Assembly (NCBI GenBank): GCA_947627545.1
Contig: CANQWK010000001.1
Span: forward strand, 15,473 to 79,472
From: an uncultured Clostridia bacterium
GTDB lineage: Bacteria > Bacillota > Clostridia > Christensenellales > UBA1242
DNA length: 64,000 nucleotides
Reading direction: 5' to 3'
The position numbers and the translations under genes are program-made. Shown one piece after another: positions 29,005-37,938 of the stretch. The notes under the pieces were generated by a model. That model was not told where the DNA came from and searched no databases. It saw nothing but the letters and a program-made list of their open reading frames with translations. The first letter of the stretch is position 1, and each line of letters opens with the position of its first letter.

Positions 29005-31527
29005 TTATTTTGTATCGTATAAAGTTTTACCCTCTCCTACTTCCACAATTAATGGAACTTGAAGTTGAATTACATTTTCCATTTCTTCTTTTAAAATTTG
29101 TTTAACTTGTTCACTTTCGCCTAGAATTGTATCTACAACTAGTTCATCGTGAATTTGAATTACTAGTTTGCTTTTTAATTTTAATGCTTTCATGCGATTG
29201 AAAACCCTAATCATTGCAAGTTTAATTATATCACTTGCGCTGCCTTGCAACGGAGTGTTTTTTGCAACCCTTTCGGCAAACGAACGCATGTTAAAATTTA
29301 AAGAATTTATATCTGGAATGTGCCTAATTCTGCCCATAATTGTTATGGCATAGCCTTTATTTTTTGCGTCATTTATGCACTTTTGACCATATTCGTTTAT
29401 TTTAGGATATACTTCTAAATAACGTTTTATAAATTCTGCCGCTTCCTTGGTTGAGCAACCTAAATTCTGGCTTAATCCAAACGCACTAATGCCATAAATT
29501 ATTCCAAAATTTACCGTTTTTGCTGTGCGGCGTTCATTTTTAGATATTTGATTAATTGGCTTATTAAAAATTTTGCTAGCCGTTGCCGCGTGAATATCGT
29601 AGCCGTTTAAATAGTCGGCAATCATGTTTTCGTCTTTGCTAAAGTTTGCAATTAGCCTTAATTCTATTTGATTATAGTCGGCACTTATTAAACTTCCATT
29701 TTCAAACGAACTTGAAAACATTTTTCTTAGCATTCGGCCTTCGTCATCTCGTATTGGAAGATTTTGCAAATTTGGTTCTCTGCTACTTAGCCTGCCTGTT
29801 GATGTTGTTCGCTGCATAAATGTGGTATGAATTTTTCCGTCTGCTGCTACAAAATTTAACATTCCGTCAAGATATGTGCTTATTAATTTTGATATTTTTC
29901 TATATCTAATTAAATAACTTACTATTGGATGTTTGTTTTCTATTGCATTTAAAATTTCTATGCCTGTACCCTTTTTGCCTTTGTATTCTATGTTTAACTT
30001 TTCAAACAAAATTTGTTGAAGTTGTTTTGGACTATTTATGTTAAATTCTTCACCTGCTAATTCATATATTTTTGATACAACATCTTTTAATTCTTCTTTG
30101 TAACTTTTGCTTAACGCTTTTACCTGCTCCACGTCAATTTTTATTCCGCTTTGCTCCATATCAAACAGAACTTTAACAAGTGGCAATTCAATTTCACTGT
30201 AAAGTTTAAGTTGTGAATTATTTATCAATTTATTAATATATTTTTCCTTTAAACCTATAAGCGATAACGCTTTTGCCTGTGTTGATATGCCATTCAATTT
30301 TAATGCGTCGTCTAAACTTATTTCCGCATCCATTTCGTTTGCTATATAAATTGCAATTGATAAATCAAAATAATTATTCAACTCAATGTTATAGCCTGCT
30401 AAAATATGCATCATTGCCTTTGCGTCAAAGCAAATTTTTTGCTTTTCACCTTCAAACAATTCCCTTATTTCTTGCAAATTATTTATAAATATTTCGCCGC
30501 TTGGATACATTACATATTCATTTTCGCCTATGGCAAAATCTATGGTCAAATTATCTGCATAAACAGCAAATGGTCCATTTAAATTTTTAAGCATATCTTC
30601 AAATTCTTTTTGATTTGATATTTCTATTATATTTGCTTTTAACTCTTCAAATTGATGTTTCCCTGAGGTTGTAACAAATAAATCCTTCTTTTCTAAAATA
30701 GACTTGAAATCTAACTCATACATAAAATTGTACGCTTCTTCATTAAAAGGAATTTTATATTTAAAATCTTCAAGAGTATAGTTTAAATCAACATCTAGTT
30801 TAATCGTTGCCAACCGCTTAGAAAGATATGCCATCTCTTTACTTTCTATAAGTTTTTTCCGCGTAGATTCAGGTATTTTATTTAAATTGGCATAAATATT
30901 ATCTAAATTGTCAAATTCCTCAATTAATTTTAGCGCGCCAACTTTGCCTATACCCATAACTCCGGGAATATTGTCCGAACTATCTCCCATAATTGCTTTC
31001 ATTTCAATTACTTGATACGGCTTTAAGTGATATTCCTGCATCAATTTATTTTCGTCAATTTTGTTTAATGTATAAGAATGCGCTTGCGGCTGCAATATTG
31101 TTGTGTTGCCATTTATAAGTTGTAATAAGTCCTTATCTCCGGACAAAAGATAAAAATCTTCTTTATATTTACGTGAAAGGCTGCCTATTATATCATCTGC
31201 TTCAATATCTGGGATTTCAATTGTTTTTATTCCCATAACTTTTAATAATTCCTTTAAAACAGGAATTTGCTGCGAAAGTTCTTCCGGAGTTTTGTCTCTC
31301 TTTCCTTTATAGTCAGCATATAAATCATGACGAAAAGTATGTTTGCCAGCATCAAACACGCAAACAAAATATTTTGGCTTATCGGCCGCAGTTAAAACAT
31401 TTAAAATTGTGTTTAAAAACCCATAAATTGCATTACATGGTTTGCCAGATAAACTGCGTAACATTGGCAAAGCATAAAAAACTCTAAACGCCAAATTATT
31501 CCCATCAACCACAACAAATTTTTCCAT
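29005..31527 (-). CDS. polA: DNA polymerase I
   Basis: 840 aa. It has an N-terminal 5'-3' exonuclease domain (GDSSDNIPGV), polymerase motif A (ISADYNQIELR), motif B (RRTAKTVNFGIIYG) and motif C (QIHDELV). Confidence 0.95.
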   Translation of the reverse strand: MEKFVVVDGNNLAFRVFYALPMLRSLSGKPCNAIYGFLNTILNVLTAADKPKYFVCVFDAGKHTFRHDLYADYKGKRDKTPEELSQQIPVLKELLKVMGIKTIEIPDIEADDIIGSLSRKYKEDFYLLSGDKDLLQLINGNTTILQPQAHSYTLNKIDENKLMQEYHLKPYQVIEMKAIMGDSSDNIPGVMGIGKVGALKLIEEFDNLDNIYANLNKIPESTRKKLIESKEMAYLSKRLATIKLDVDLNYTLEDFKYKIPFNEEAYNFMYELDFKSILEKKDLFVTTSGKHQFEELKANIIEISNQKEFEDMLKNLNGPFAVYADNLTIDFAIGENEYVMYPSGEIFINNLQEIRELFEGEKQKICFDAKAMMHILAGYNIELNNYFDLSIAIYIANEMDAEISLDDALKLNGISTQAKALSLIGLKEKYINKLINNSQLKLYSEIELPLVKVLFDMEQSGIKIDVEQVKALSKSYKEELKDVVSKIYELAGEEFNINSPKQLQQILFEKLNIEYKGKKGTGIEILNAIENKHPIVSYLIRYRKISKLISTYLDGMLNFVAADGKIHTTFMQRTTSTGRLSSREPNLQNLPIRDDEGRMLRKMFSSSFENGSLISADYNQIELRLIANFSKDENMIADYLNGYDIHAATASKIFNKPINQISKNERRTAKTVNFGIIYGISAFGLSQNLGCSTKEAAEFIKRYLEVYPKINEYGQKCINDAKNKGYAITIMGRIRHIPDINSLNFNMRSFAERVAKNTPLQGSASDIIKLAMIRVFNRMKALKLKSKLVIQIHDELVVDTILGESEQVKQILKEEMENVIQLQVPLIVEVGEGKTLYDTK

Positions 31528-31542
31528 GATTTTATTATATCA
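31528..31542 (-). promoter_or_regulatory. Extended -10 element abutting the polA start (leaderless candidate)
   Basis: On the minus strand, TGA-TATAAT (31542-31534) lies 6 nt before ATG 31527. No Shine-Dalgarno. Confidence 0.45.
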
Positions 31543-31768
31543 CAAAACTATAAAAAAACAAAAATAATTTTTTATATTTAATTTTAAAAAGACATTAACC
31601 ATTAATTACAGTAAAATCTCATAAAAAAGCAAAATCTTTTAAATTTATATTAATTAACACTAAAAAATTTATATATTTTTCACTAAATACAAATAAAACT
31701 ACTAAAATTAGTATATTTTTTATTAATATAAATAAAACAACTAAAATTAAAATATTTTTTTAAATCTC

Positions 31769-31797
31769 TTGCAAAAATAAAAAATTTATGCTATTAT
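31769..31797 (+). promoter_or_regulatory. Candidate promoter upstream of the tRNA-Leu locus
   Basis: TTGCAA (31769-74), 17-nt spacer, TATTAT (31792-97), about 110 nt upstream of the tRNA fragment. Confidence 0.4.
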
Positions 31798-31906
31798 TAA
31801 GCAGTCAACATAAAATTAATTTTATAAAACAATCTCAATAATTATGAAATATAAAATTAATTTAATTAACAAATATTAAATAATTTAACGTCAAAATTAA
31901 TATTAT

Positions 31907-31960
31907 GCCGGTGGGCGAAATGGTAGACGCAGCAGACTCAAAATCCTGCGAGGTTTGCCC
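31907..31960 (+). pseudogene. Truncated tRNA-Leu(CAA) 5' half (acceptor 5' strand, D arm, anticodon arm; no T arm)
   Basis: GCCGGTGGGCGAAATGGTAGACGCAGCAGACTCAAAATCCTGCG aligns to the first ~44 nt of the intact tRNA 16 nt downstream, with a few substitutions or indels. Similarity then ends. Confidence 0.6.
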
Positions 31961-31976
31961 TAAAAAATCTAAAAAT

Positions 31977-32062
31977 GGCGGTGTGGCGAAATGGCAGACG
32001 CAGCAGACTCAAAATCTGCCGATAGCAATATCATGTCGGTTCGACCCCGACCACCGCCACCA
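31977..32062 (+). tRNA. tRNA-Leu (anticodon CAA), CCA encoded
   Basis: Acceptor GGCGGTG/CACCGCC, D arm GCG-AAATGGCAGA-CGC and anticodon stem GCAGA/TCTGC with loop CTCAAAA. It has a long variable arm (GATA-GCAA-TATC) and T arm GTCGG-TTCGACC-CCGAC, ending A-CCA. Confidence 0.93.
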
Positions 32063-32064
32063 GT

Positions 32065-32083
32065 GGGCAATGTGCCCTTTTTT
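32065..32083 (+). terminator. Terminator hairpin 1 after tRNA-Leu
   Basis: GGGCA-atg-TGCCC followed by T6. Confidence 0.65.
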
Positions 32084-32087
32084 ATTG

Positions 32088-32116
32088 GGAACGCAAGTGT
32101 GCGTTCCCTTATTTTA
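32088..32116 (+). terminator. Terminator hairpin 2 after tRNA-Leu
   Basis: Perfect 9-bp stem GGGAACGCA-agtg-TGCGTTCCC followed by TTATTTTA. Confidence 0.6.
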
Positions 32117-32217
32117 TAGGCAATTGCCCACTTTATCCCACTTCAACATTCGTCTCGTGGGAGCCCTGATGACAGATGTTTTTAAGGGGTTGTTTGTTTT
32201 TTTGTTAAAAATATTTT

Positions 32218-32332
32218 TTCTAACGGACTCCGTTAGAAAGCCCAATTTTCGCCCAAATTTACACATTTTAGAGGGCGGATAAATGCATTAAAATTTTACG
32301 AAAAGTTCCACTTTTCTAACGAATTTCTAACG
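32218..32332. repeat. Four copies of the octamer TTCTAACG (one inverted pair, one 11-nt-spaced direct pair)
   Basis: TTCTAACG at 32218-25 faces its inverted partner CGTTAGAA at 32231-38, giving a 10-bp palindrome, TTCTAACGGA c TCCGTTAGAA. Direct copies TTCTAACGAA lie at 32314-23 and 32325-34. Confidence 0.7.
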
Positions 32333-32400
32333 AAATGTATTTTGTATGTGTTAAATTTTAACAAATTTTGGCGTATGTTTTTGTGTGTTGTAATGCATTG

Positions 32401-32949
32401 TTATTTTACAATAAATTCTACCTTGCTATTTAAAAATGATTTAAACGCTAGCATATCTTCACTTGTTTTAAAAACATCTTTAGGTATTACATATTTTTTA
32501 AATTGCGGATATCCATTAATTTCTCCGCAATACAAATGAAGTTCAAACGCCAAAGCTGTTTCAATTGTTCGGAACAAATGTTTTTTGCCTTTGTTTTCAA
32601 AATAAAGAAAACTGCAAACAACTTTAGATTTATGGTTTGCCAAATTTTCTTTAAAAATTACACACTCAGGTTTATAAAACTGGTATTTAAGCACTTCATT
32701 TGTAGATTTTTTTAATGTTTGAATTAAAAAAATAACTCCTAACGCCAAATTTATGACCGTAAAAGCCAAAAAGAAGACAATTGAAATAGTTAGTTTAATT
32801 TTTATTGCATATATCAAAAACATAATATAAACCAAAGCGAAAACAAAAAATATTGTTGTTAACATTAAATTTCGTTTGCCGGTATCTTTAGATATTATTT
32901 TATGGTCGAATGGCACAACTATATTAAATTCTGGTGCAACTTTATTCAT
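32401..32949 (-). CDS. Hypothetical membrane protein (182 aa, 2 TM)
   Basis: AGGAGAG Shine-Dalgarno 5 nt before the ATG. Two adjacent TM helices (residues ~30-80) are followed by a soluble C-terminal domain. No known motif. Confidence 0.6.
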   Translation of the reverse strand: MNKVAPEFNIVVPFDHKIISKDTGKRNLMLTTIFFVFALVYIMFLIYAIKIKLTISIVFFLAFTVINLALGVIFLIQTLKKSTNEVLKYQFYKPECVIFKENLANHKSKVVCSFLYFENKGKKHLFRTIETALAFELHLYCGEINGYPQFKKYVIPKDVFKTSEDMLAFKSFLNSKVEFIVK

Positions 32950-33108
32950 AATACTCTCCTAAAAATTAATATAAGGAATATATAAATTCTTATTAACTAA
33001 ACTTGTTAATAATATTAATTATATTACCGCATTTTTCAAAAATGTCAACATTTAACAAACATATATTTCAGAAATTTATTAATTCTTGCAAGATTTTCTT
33101 ATAAATAT

Positions 33109-33137
33109 TTGACATTCCCAAGAATTTTTGTTATTCT
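33109..33137 (+). promoter_or_regulatory. Promoter of the 33155..33721 gene
   Basis: TTGACA (33109-14), 17-nt spacer, TATTCT (33132-37). Confidence 0.55.
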
Positions 33138-33154
33138 AAAATAGGAGGTTGAAT

Positions 33155-33721
33155 ATGAAACTAGAAAAATATGATTCTTTAGATATTGAATATAAAAGTC
33201 AAGAAGATGCGTTTGTTCTAAAATTTACTCATACTGAAAGAAAAGGTAGTAGTTTTTATCCTACAACAAATTTAACATTTCAAATGCCTAATGCTAATGA
33301 AGTGCTTAAATTATTTGCTCATTTAGAGTTATCCCCTAAACTAACTAAATTACTAGATGATTATATGTCTAAACATATAAACATTGCTAAATTAAAGGAT
33401 GAAGATTTGCCTAAAGAATATAAGGAAATTTGTGATGCATTTAAGTTTGCTTGTAACCTTCCAAAACCAGCAAAAAAATTGTTCAATCAGGGAATTATTA
33501 TCGCTGATAATATTTTTGGATATAATATTGGCTCATCTAAAAAAGCTGAGTATATTTATAATAAATTAACAGAAAAGTCAGCTTACAAATATATGGCTAG
33601 TGGCGATGAAAAAATTGGATACAGAATTTCATCATCTAACCCACAATTTTTAGATGAATTTTTAACTGATATTACAGAAGTTTATAAAGAATATAATAAA
33701 AATTCAAACCTAAATTTTTAA
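33155..33721 (+). CDS. Hypothetical protein (188 aa)
   Basis: Start refined to ATG 33155, with AGGAGG 5 nt upstream. The track start at 33149 is a TTG. No recognisable domain. Confidence 0.6.
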   Translation: MKLEKYDSLDIEYKSQEDAFVLKFTHTERKGSSFYPTTNLTFQMPNANEVLKLFAHLELSPKLTKLLDDYMSKHINIAKLKDEDLPKEYKEICDAFKFACNLPKPAKKLFNQGIIIADNIFGYNIGSSKKAEYIYNKLTEKSAYKYMASGDEKIGYRISSSNPQFLDEFLTDITEVYKEYNKNSNLNF

Positions 33722-33829
33722 CACATTTCATATTATTTTTTATTAATAAATTAAAAATAAAACAAAACTCGCTATATACAAGTTTTGTTTTTTATATTAA
33801 TAAGTGTTTTTTTATCAATTTTTACTACT

Positions 33830-35491
33830 TTAATGTTTTTTTGTTGAAATAGAACATATTTGTTTTGCCTTTTGTTCTTTATAATTATCGTAATTACCTA
33901 AATAGGTTGTAATTTTGCCATCTTTAAATTCAATTATCTTTTCGGCAAATTTGTTTATAAAATAGCGGTCATGCGACACAAACAAAACTGTTCCATTAAA
34001 ATTGTCTATTGCTTTTTCTAGAACTTCTTTTGTTGGAATATCTATATGGTTTGTTGGTTCATCAAAAACTAAACAATTAACATTTTGTTGTAACAAACTT
34101 GCTAATCTTAACCTAATACGTTCTCCGCCAGAAAGATTTTTAACAATTTTGTTTACATCTTCTTTATAAAATTGAAAGGCTGCTAAAATTTGGCGTGCTT
34201 TTTGCTCATCTACGCCTGCTTCAAACTTAAAGCAATTTAATAAAGTTTGATTATCATTTTCAAAATTAATAATTTGAGGCAAATATCCAATTTTTACACT
34301 TGGGCCAACAAAAACTTCTCCGCTATAAGGTAAATTTTGCATATTCAACAATGTTTTTACAAAAGTAGATTTACCGCTACCATTATTGCCAATAAGTGCA
34401 ACACGTTCACCAGATGTTACAATTAAATTTATTCCATTTAATATTTTTCTACTGCTACCATCTTCTACTACTAAATTTCTTGTTTCAAACACGCGTTTAG
34501 ATGATTTTTTATTTTCAGAAAAACCTATTTTCAATTTTTTTGTTTCTTGTGGTCTTTCCACTTTTCTTGATAAAATTCTATCTAATTGTGTTTGAAGTGC
34601 GTGTGCACGATTGCACAATGTTGAACTGTTAGTTGCCATGCCCCGTTCGGCAAAATATTTTATTTGTTCTTGTAACCTTTTTATTACAAGTTGCTGGTCT
34701 TGATATGCCGCCATTTGTTTTTCAAATTCTTTTTCGCGTTCAATTAAATAGCCAGAATAATTAGTGTTATAAACTTTTGGTTCTATACCAGATAAATCTA
34801 AAATTTTGTTTGACATTCTATCTAAGAAATAGCGGTCATGCGAAACTATAACACTTGCACCTTTAAAACTTTTAATGTAATTTTCTAGCCACTCAATCCT
34901 TTCAATATCTAAATGATTTGTTGGTTCATCTAGCAAAATTAAATTTGGTTTTTGAAGCAGTGCTTTTGCAAGTTGAACAAGCGTTTTTTCTCCGCCACTT
35001 AAGGTTGAATAAATTTGATATTTCAAAGCGTTTATGTTTAAGCCCGAACAAACTGTATCAATTGCAACATCTACATCATAGCCACCAATTGAAGAAAATT
35101 CTTCCATAAGTTTACAATATCTTTCAATTGTTTTTCGATATTCTGCTTGAGAAGATGGATTTGCTAAAATTTCTTCATATTTTTTTAAAATTCTTGACAA
35201 TTCATTAATTTTTATAAAAGCATCTTTTAAAACATCTAAAACGCACCTATCGTCTGTTTTGTCCGAAGCGGTTTGGTCTAAATAAGCAACGCTTGTACCC
35301 TTTTTAATGTTAACCGAGCCTGAATCAACCCTTTCTAGTCCAGCAATTATTTTTAACAATGTAGATTTTCCACAACCGTTAGGTCCTACTATTGAAATTG
35401 ATTCACCTTCATTAAGCGAAAAAGAAACATCTTCAAAAAGTTGCCCATAACCAAAATTTTTAGATAATTTGTTAACATCAAGGATTATCAT
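33830..35491 (-). CDS. ABC-F family ATPase (two fused ABC domains, no TM domain)
   Basis: Two Walker A motifs (GPNGCGKST, GNNGSGKST), two signatures (LSGGEKTLV, LSGGERIRL) and two Walker B motifs (LILLDEPTNHLD, CLVFDEPTNHID). A charged inter-domain linker joins the two halves. Confidence 0.9.
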   Translation of the reverse strand: MIILDVNKLSKNFGYGQLFEDVSFSLNEGESISIVGPNGCGKSTLLKIIAGLERVDSGSVNIKKGTSVAYLDQTASDKTDDRCVLDVLKDAFIKINELSRILKKYEEILANPSSQAEYRKTIERYCKLMEEFSSIGGYDVDVAIDTVCSGLNINALKYQIYSTLSGGEKTLVQLAKALLQKPNLILLDEPTNHLDIERIEWLENYIKSFKGASVIVSHDRYFLDRMSNKILDLSGIEPKVYNTNYSGYLIEREKEFEKQMAAYQDQQLVIKRLQEQIKYFAERGMATNSSTLCNRAHALQTQLDRILSRKVERPQETKKLKIGFSENKKSSKRVFETRNLVVEDGSSRKILNGINLIVTSGERVALIGNNGSGKSTFVKTLLNMQNLPYSGEVFVGPSVKIGYLPQIINFENDNQTLLNCFKFEAGVDEQKARQILAAFQFYKEDVNKIVKNLSGGERIRLRLASLLQQNVNCLVFDEPTNHIDIPTKEVLEKAIDNFNGTVLFVSHDRYFINKFAEKIIEFKDGKITTYLGNYDNYKEQKAKQICSISTKKH

Positions 35492-35497
35492 ATAAAC

Positions 35498-35526
35498 ATT
35501 TTAATTTATTTCTAAATAATTGTCAA
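35498..35526 (-). promoter_or_regulatory. Promoter abutting the ABC-F start codon (leaderless candidate)
   Basis: On the minus strand: TTGACA (35526-21), 17-nt spacer, TAAAAT (35503-35498), then 6 nt to ATG 35491. No Shine-Dalgarno. Confidence 0.5.
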
Positions 35527-35610
35527 TTCTTTAAATTCGTGCATTTTCATCTAAGTTTGTGGTTTTTTTAGATTAAAAATCATTTTAAAGCACAAAAAAC
35601 AAAAAAACTA

Positions 35611-35640
35611 AAAAAACAAAGTAAACACTTTGCTTTTTAT
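35611..35640. terminator. Terminator downstream of the HD-domain gene
   Basis: CAAAGT-aaac-ACTTTG flanked by A and T runs. On the minus strand it is followed by TTTTTTTAGTTTTTTT. Confidence 0.65.
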
Positions 35641-35674
35641 TTTTTGTTATGTTAAAGTCAAATTTTTAATAAAA

Positions 35675-37786
35675 TTATATTGTATCAAAAAAATATTCAG
35701 ACGAAGAAAAATCTTTAAACTCGTAATTCGTTTTTTCATAACAAATATTTTGAAAACTTCTTCCATTTTCGGCGTTAGTTATGTCTTTTTTAGAATTTTT
35801 ATAATTTTCATGCAAAAGAATAGGAATTCCAAACGCTTTGCTTAATTTTATATGAGCTTCTGTAAGCTTGCCATAGGCAATTATATAATCCGGCATTAAA
35901 GAAGAATTTTTTAAAGAATATAAAATTTCAGGAAAACAATCTTTTTTTAACTTTTTTGATTTTTTAACCGCTTTTTCAATAAGTTTTTCAACCGAAAGTG
36001 ATTCTTCAACCTGAGTTGAATTTCTTGAATTATCTTCGTTTATAGTCCAGCCATCTGCCGACATTGTGAAGAGAACATTGTTAGATTTTAAATTAGAAAA
36101 ACCAAAAGTTAAAAATAAATCTGGAGGGAAAAAAGTGTTCTCAAAATCTTTATTTATAATTGATAACGACATTTTAAAACCCTTTTTTTTCAATTTCTCA
36201 CCTTGAGTTTTCCATTCTTCCGCAAATTTTTTTGCTTTTGAAAAGGAATAATCATCTTGATATGCTGGCAACTCTGTATTAGAAACATGGACAAACACAT
36301 TTACAAGCGGAGATTTATCTAAATCATAAATTTTTATATTTTTACTTTTGCACAAATTTTTGATGTTTTCTGGGCATTTTTCAACATCGTATTCAACCAA
36401 TTGGCTTTGTTGCACCATTTTATTTAAATGATTACAAGCATTTTCTATTGACGCTCTAGTGTAATTTCTTGCCGAAATTCTATTGTCATATAAATCCGCG
36501 CATAATTTTGTGCTGCCAACATTTTCTAACGCCGAATTTAATTCTTCAATTTCATATTTTAGAGAAAGTGGATTAATGTTTTTTTCTTCAAATGCTTTGT
36601 GAATTTTAATTATTTTTTCATAAATCTTTTGGCTTTTATTAACTAATTTTAAATTTCCATTTGATTGTTCTTCGGAATAAAGCAAACTTGCAATTTCTTT
36701 AACTGTATCTAAATAATATGTTTGAAATTGCCTATCTAAAATGGTTTGAAAATATGCTTGTAACATAGGAACATCTGATGTTGGAATTAACAATTTTGAA
36801 AAATATTTTTTGTAAAATTTAATATTTTCATCATCTTTTTTTAAAATTTGCAACGCCATCATTTTTTGATATTGATACACAAGTTCATTGGTATCTATTG
36901 ATGATATGTCCGCACCTTCAAATTGTTTTAAAACACCAAATGTTTCAACATACAAATACTTTTTAAGTTTTTGAAACACATTAAATTTTGGAGAGGTTAA
37001 ATAAATAAAATCGTTTCTTAAATTAAGTGCTTTGCAATTAGAGTCTTGCATTTGATTTTTAAAATTTTTAATAATATCTACACAAATTGCAATGGAATTA
37101 AGCACCATATCTACTTTTAACAACTCCGCACATAGTTCTTTGTTTCTTAAAAATGAAAATTTTAAATTATCTTTAAGCCTTAGGCGGTCAATAGCATCTG
37201 CATCTTTCAAAATGGCTAATAAATCAAATATTCTCTTTTCTTGATTTTCGTTAATACCTATTTTTTGAAACAGCATTTTTAATTTGTTATCGTGCCAGGC
37301 ATGCCCTGCCATTAAAAATTGTATTATTTTACATTGTTCTTCGCTGTAATTTTTTAGCATGCCGGCATCTTTTAATTTCTTAAAAGAGGCAAAACCATGA
37401 AAGGCGTCTTCTGCATCATTAGTTCTTCCAATGTCATGATAAAGGCTTGCTATTTTTAACAAATTTACATCTTCTTCCTTTATTCCTAATCGATACGCCA
37501 TCAATAATGATAAAATTGCAACAATTTCGCAGTGCGATTTACTATGAATATCACTTTTTATAAATAAATTGTAATTTATGCTAAAATTCATTTGATTTAA
37601 TTCTTTTTTTATACAATTATATCCATTAAATTTAGCATTATGTTTTGCCATAAATTTTTTTATTTCTTCAAAAAATAAATCGCTATTGCCTAACATTTTA
37701 TTAATATATAAATAAAAATCGTCAAATTCTTTTTTATTTAAAGAATTTTCATCAATAAATTTTACATATAATTCCAATAAATCCAT
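35675..37786 (-). CDS. HD-domain phosphohydrolase-like protein with a ~450-aa C-terminal region of unknown function
   Basis: Start refined to ATG 37786 (MDLLELY), with GGAG 8 nt upstream. HD motifs are H..H (HSKSHCE), LYHDIGR, GHAWHD and KDADAIDRLR. The remaining ~450 aa show no recognisable motif. Confidence 0.75.
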   Translation of the reverse strand: MDLLELYVKFIDENSLNKKEFDDFYLYINKMLGNSDLFFEEIKKFMAKHNAKFNGYNCIKKELNQMNFSINYNLFIKSDIHSKSHCEIVAILSLLMAYRLGIKEEDVNLLKIASLYHDIGRTNDAEDAFHGFASFKKLKDAGMLKNYSEEQCKIIQFLMAGHAWHDNKLKMLFQKIGINENQEKRIFDLLAILKDADAIDRLRLKDNLKFSFLRNKELCAELLKVDMVLNSIAICVDIIKNFKNQMQDSNCKALNLRNDFIYLTSPKFNVFQKLKKYLYVETFGVLKQFEGADISSIDTNELVYQYQKMMALQILKKDDENIKFYKKYFSKLLIPTSDVPMLQAYFQTILDRQFQTYYLDTVKEIASLLYSEEQSNGNLKLVNKSQKIYEKIIKIHKAFEEKNINPLSLKYEIEELNSALENVGSTKLCADLYDNRISARNYTRASIENACNHLNKMVQQSQLVEYDVEKCPENIKNLCKSKNIKIYDLDKSPLVNVFVHVSNTELPAYQDDYSFSKAKKFAEEWKTQGEKLKKKGFKMSLSIINKDFENTFFPPDLFLTFGFSNLKSNNVLFTMSADGWTINEDNSRNSTQVEESLSVEKLIEKAVKKSKKLKKDCFPEILYSLKNSSLMPDYIIAYGKLTEAHIKLSKAFGIPILLHENYKNSKKDITNAENGRSFQNICYEKTNYEFKDFSSSEYFFDTI

Positions 37787-37938
37787 AAAAAAACTCCGTT
37801 TTAAAATGTTTAATCTTGCAATTAATATTATCATTAAAATTTTAGTTTGTCAATTAACTTAATCTAATTTCAGCTTCTATTTTTTATCTAATTTTTTATG
37901 CCAAACATCTTTTGATAGCCTAAACACCGCATTTTATT

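Noticed and set aside
32172-32178. C-box-like CTGATGA motif suggesting a C/D-box or k-turn RNA in the tRNA-downstream spacer
   Set aside because: It is a single heptamer with no matching D box or terminal stem arrangement, which is insufficient. It was kept only as part of the general structured-spacer observation.
31905-32282. 125-aa plus-strand ORF
   Set aside because: It reads straight through the tRNA-Leu fragment, the intact tRNA-Leu and two terminator hairpins, so it is not a protein gene.
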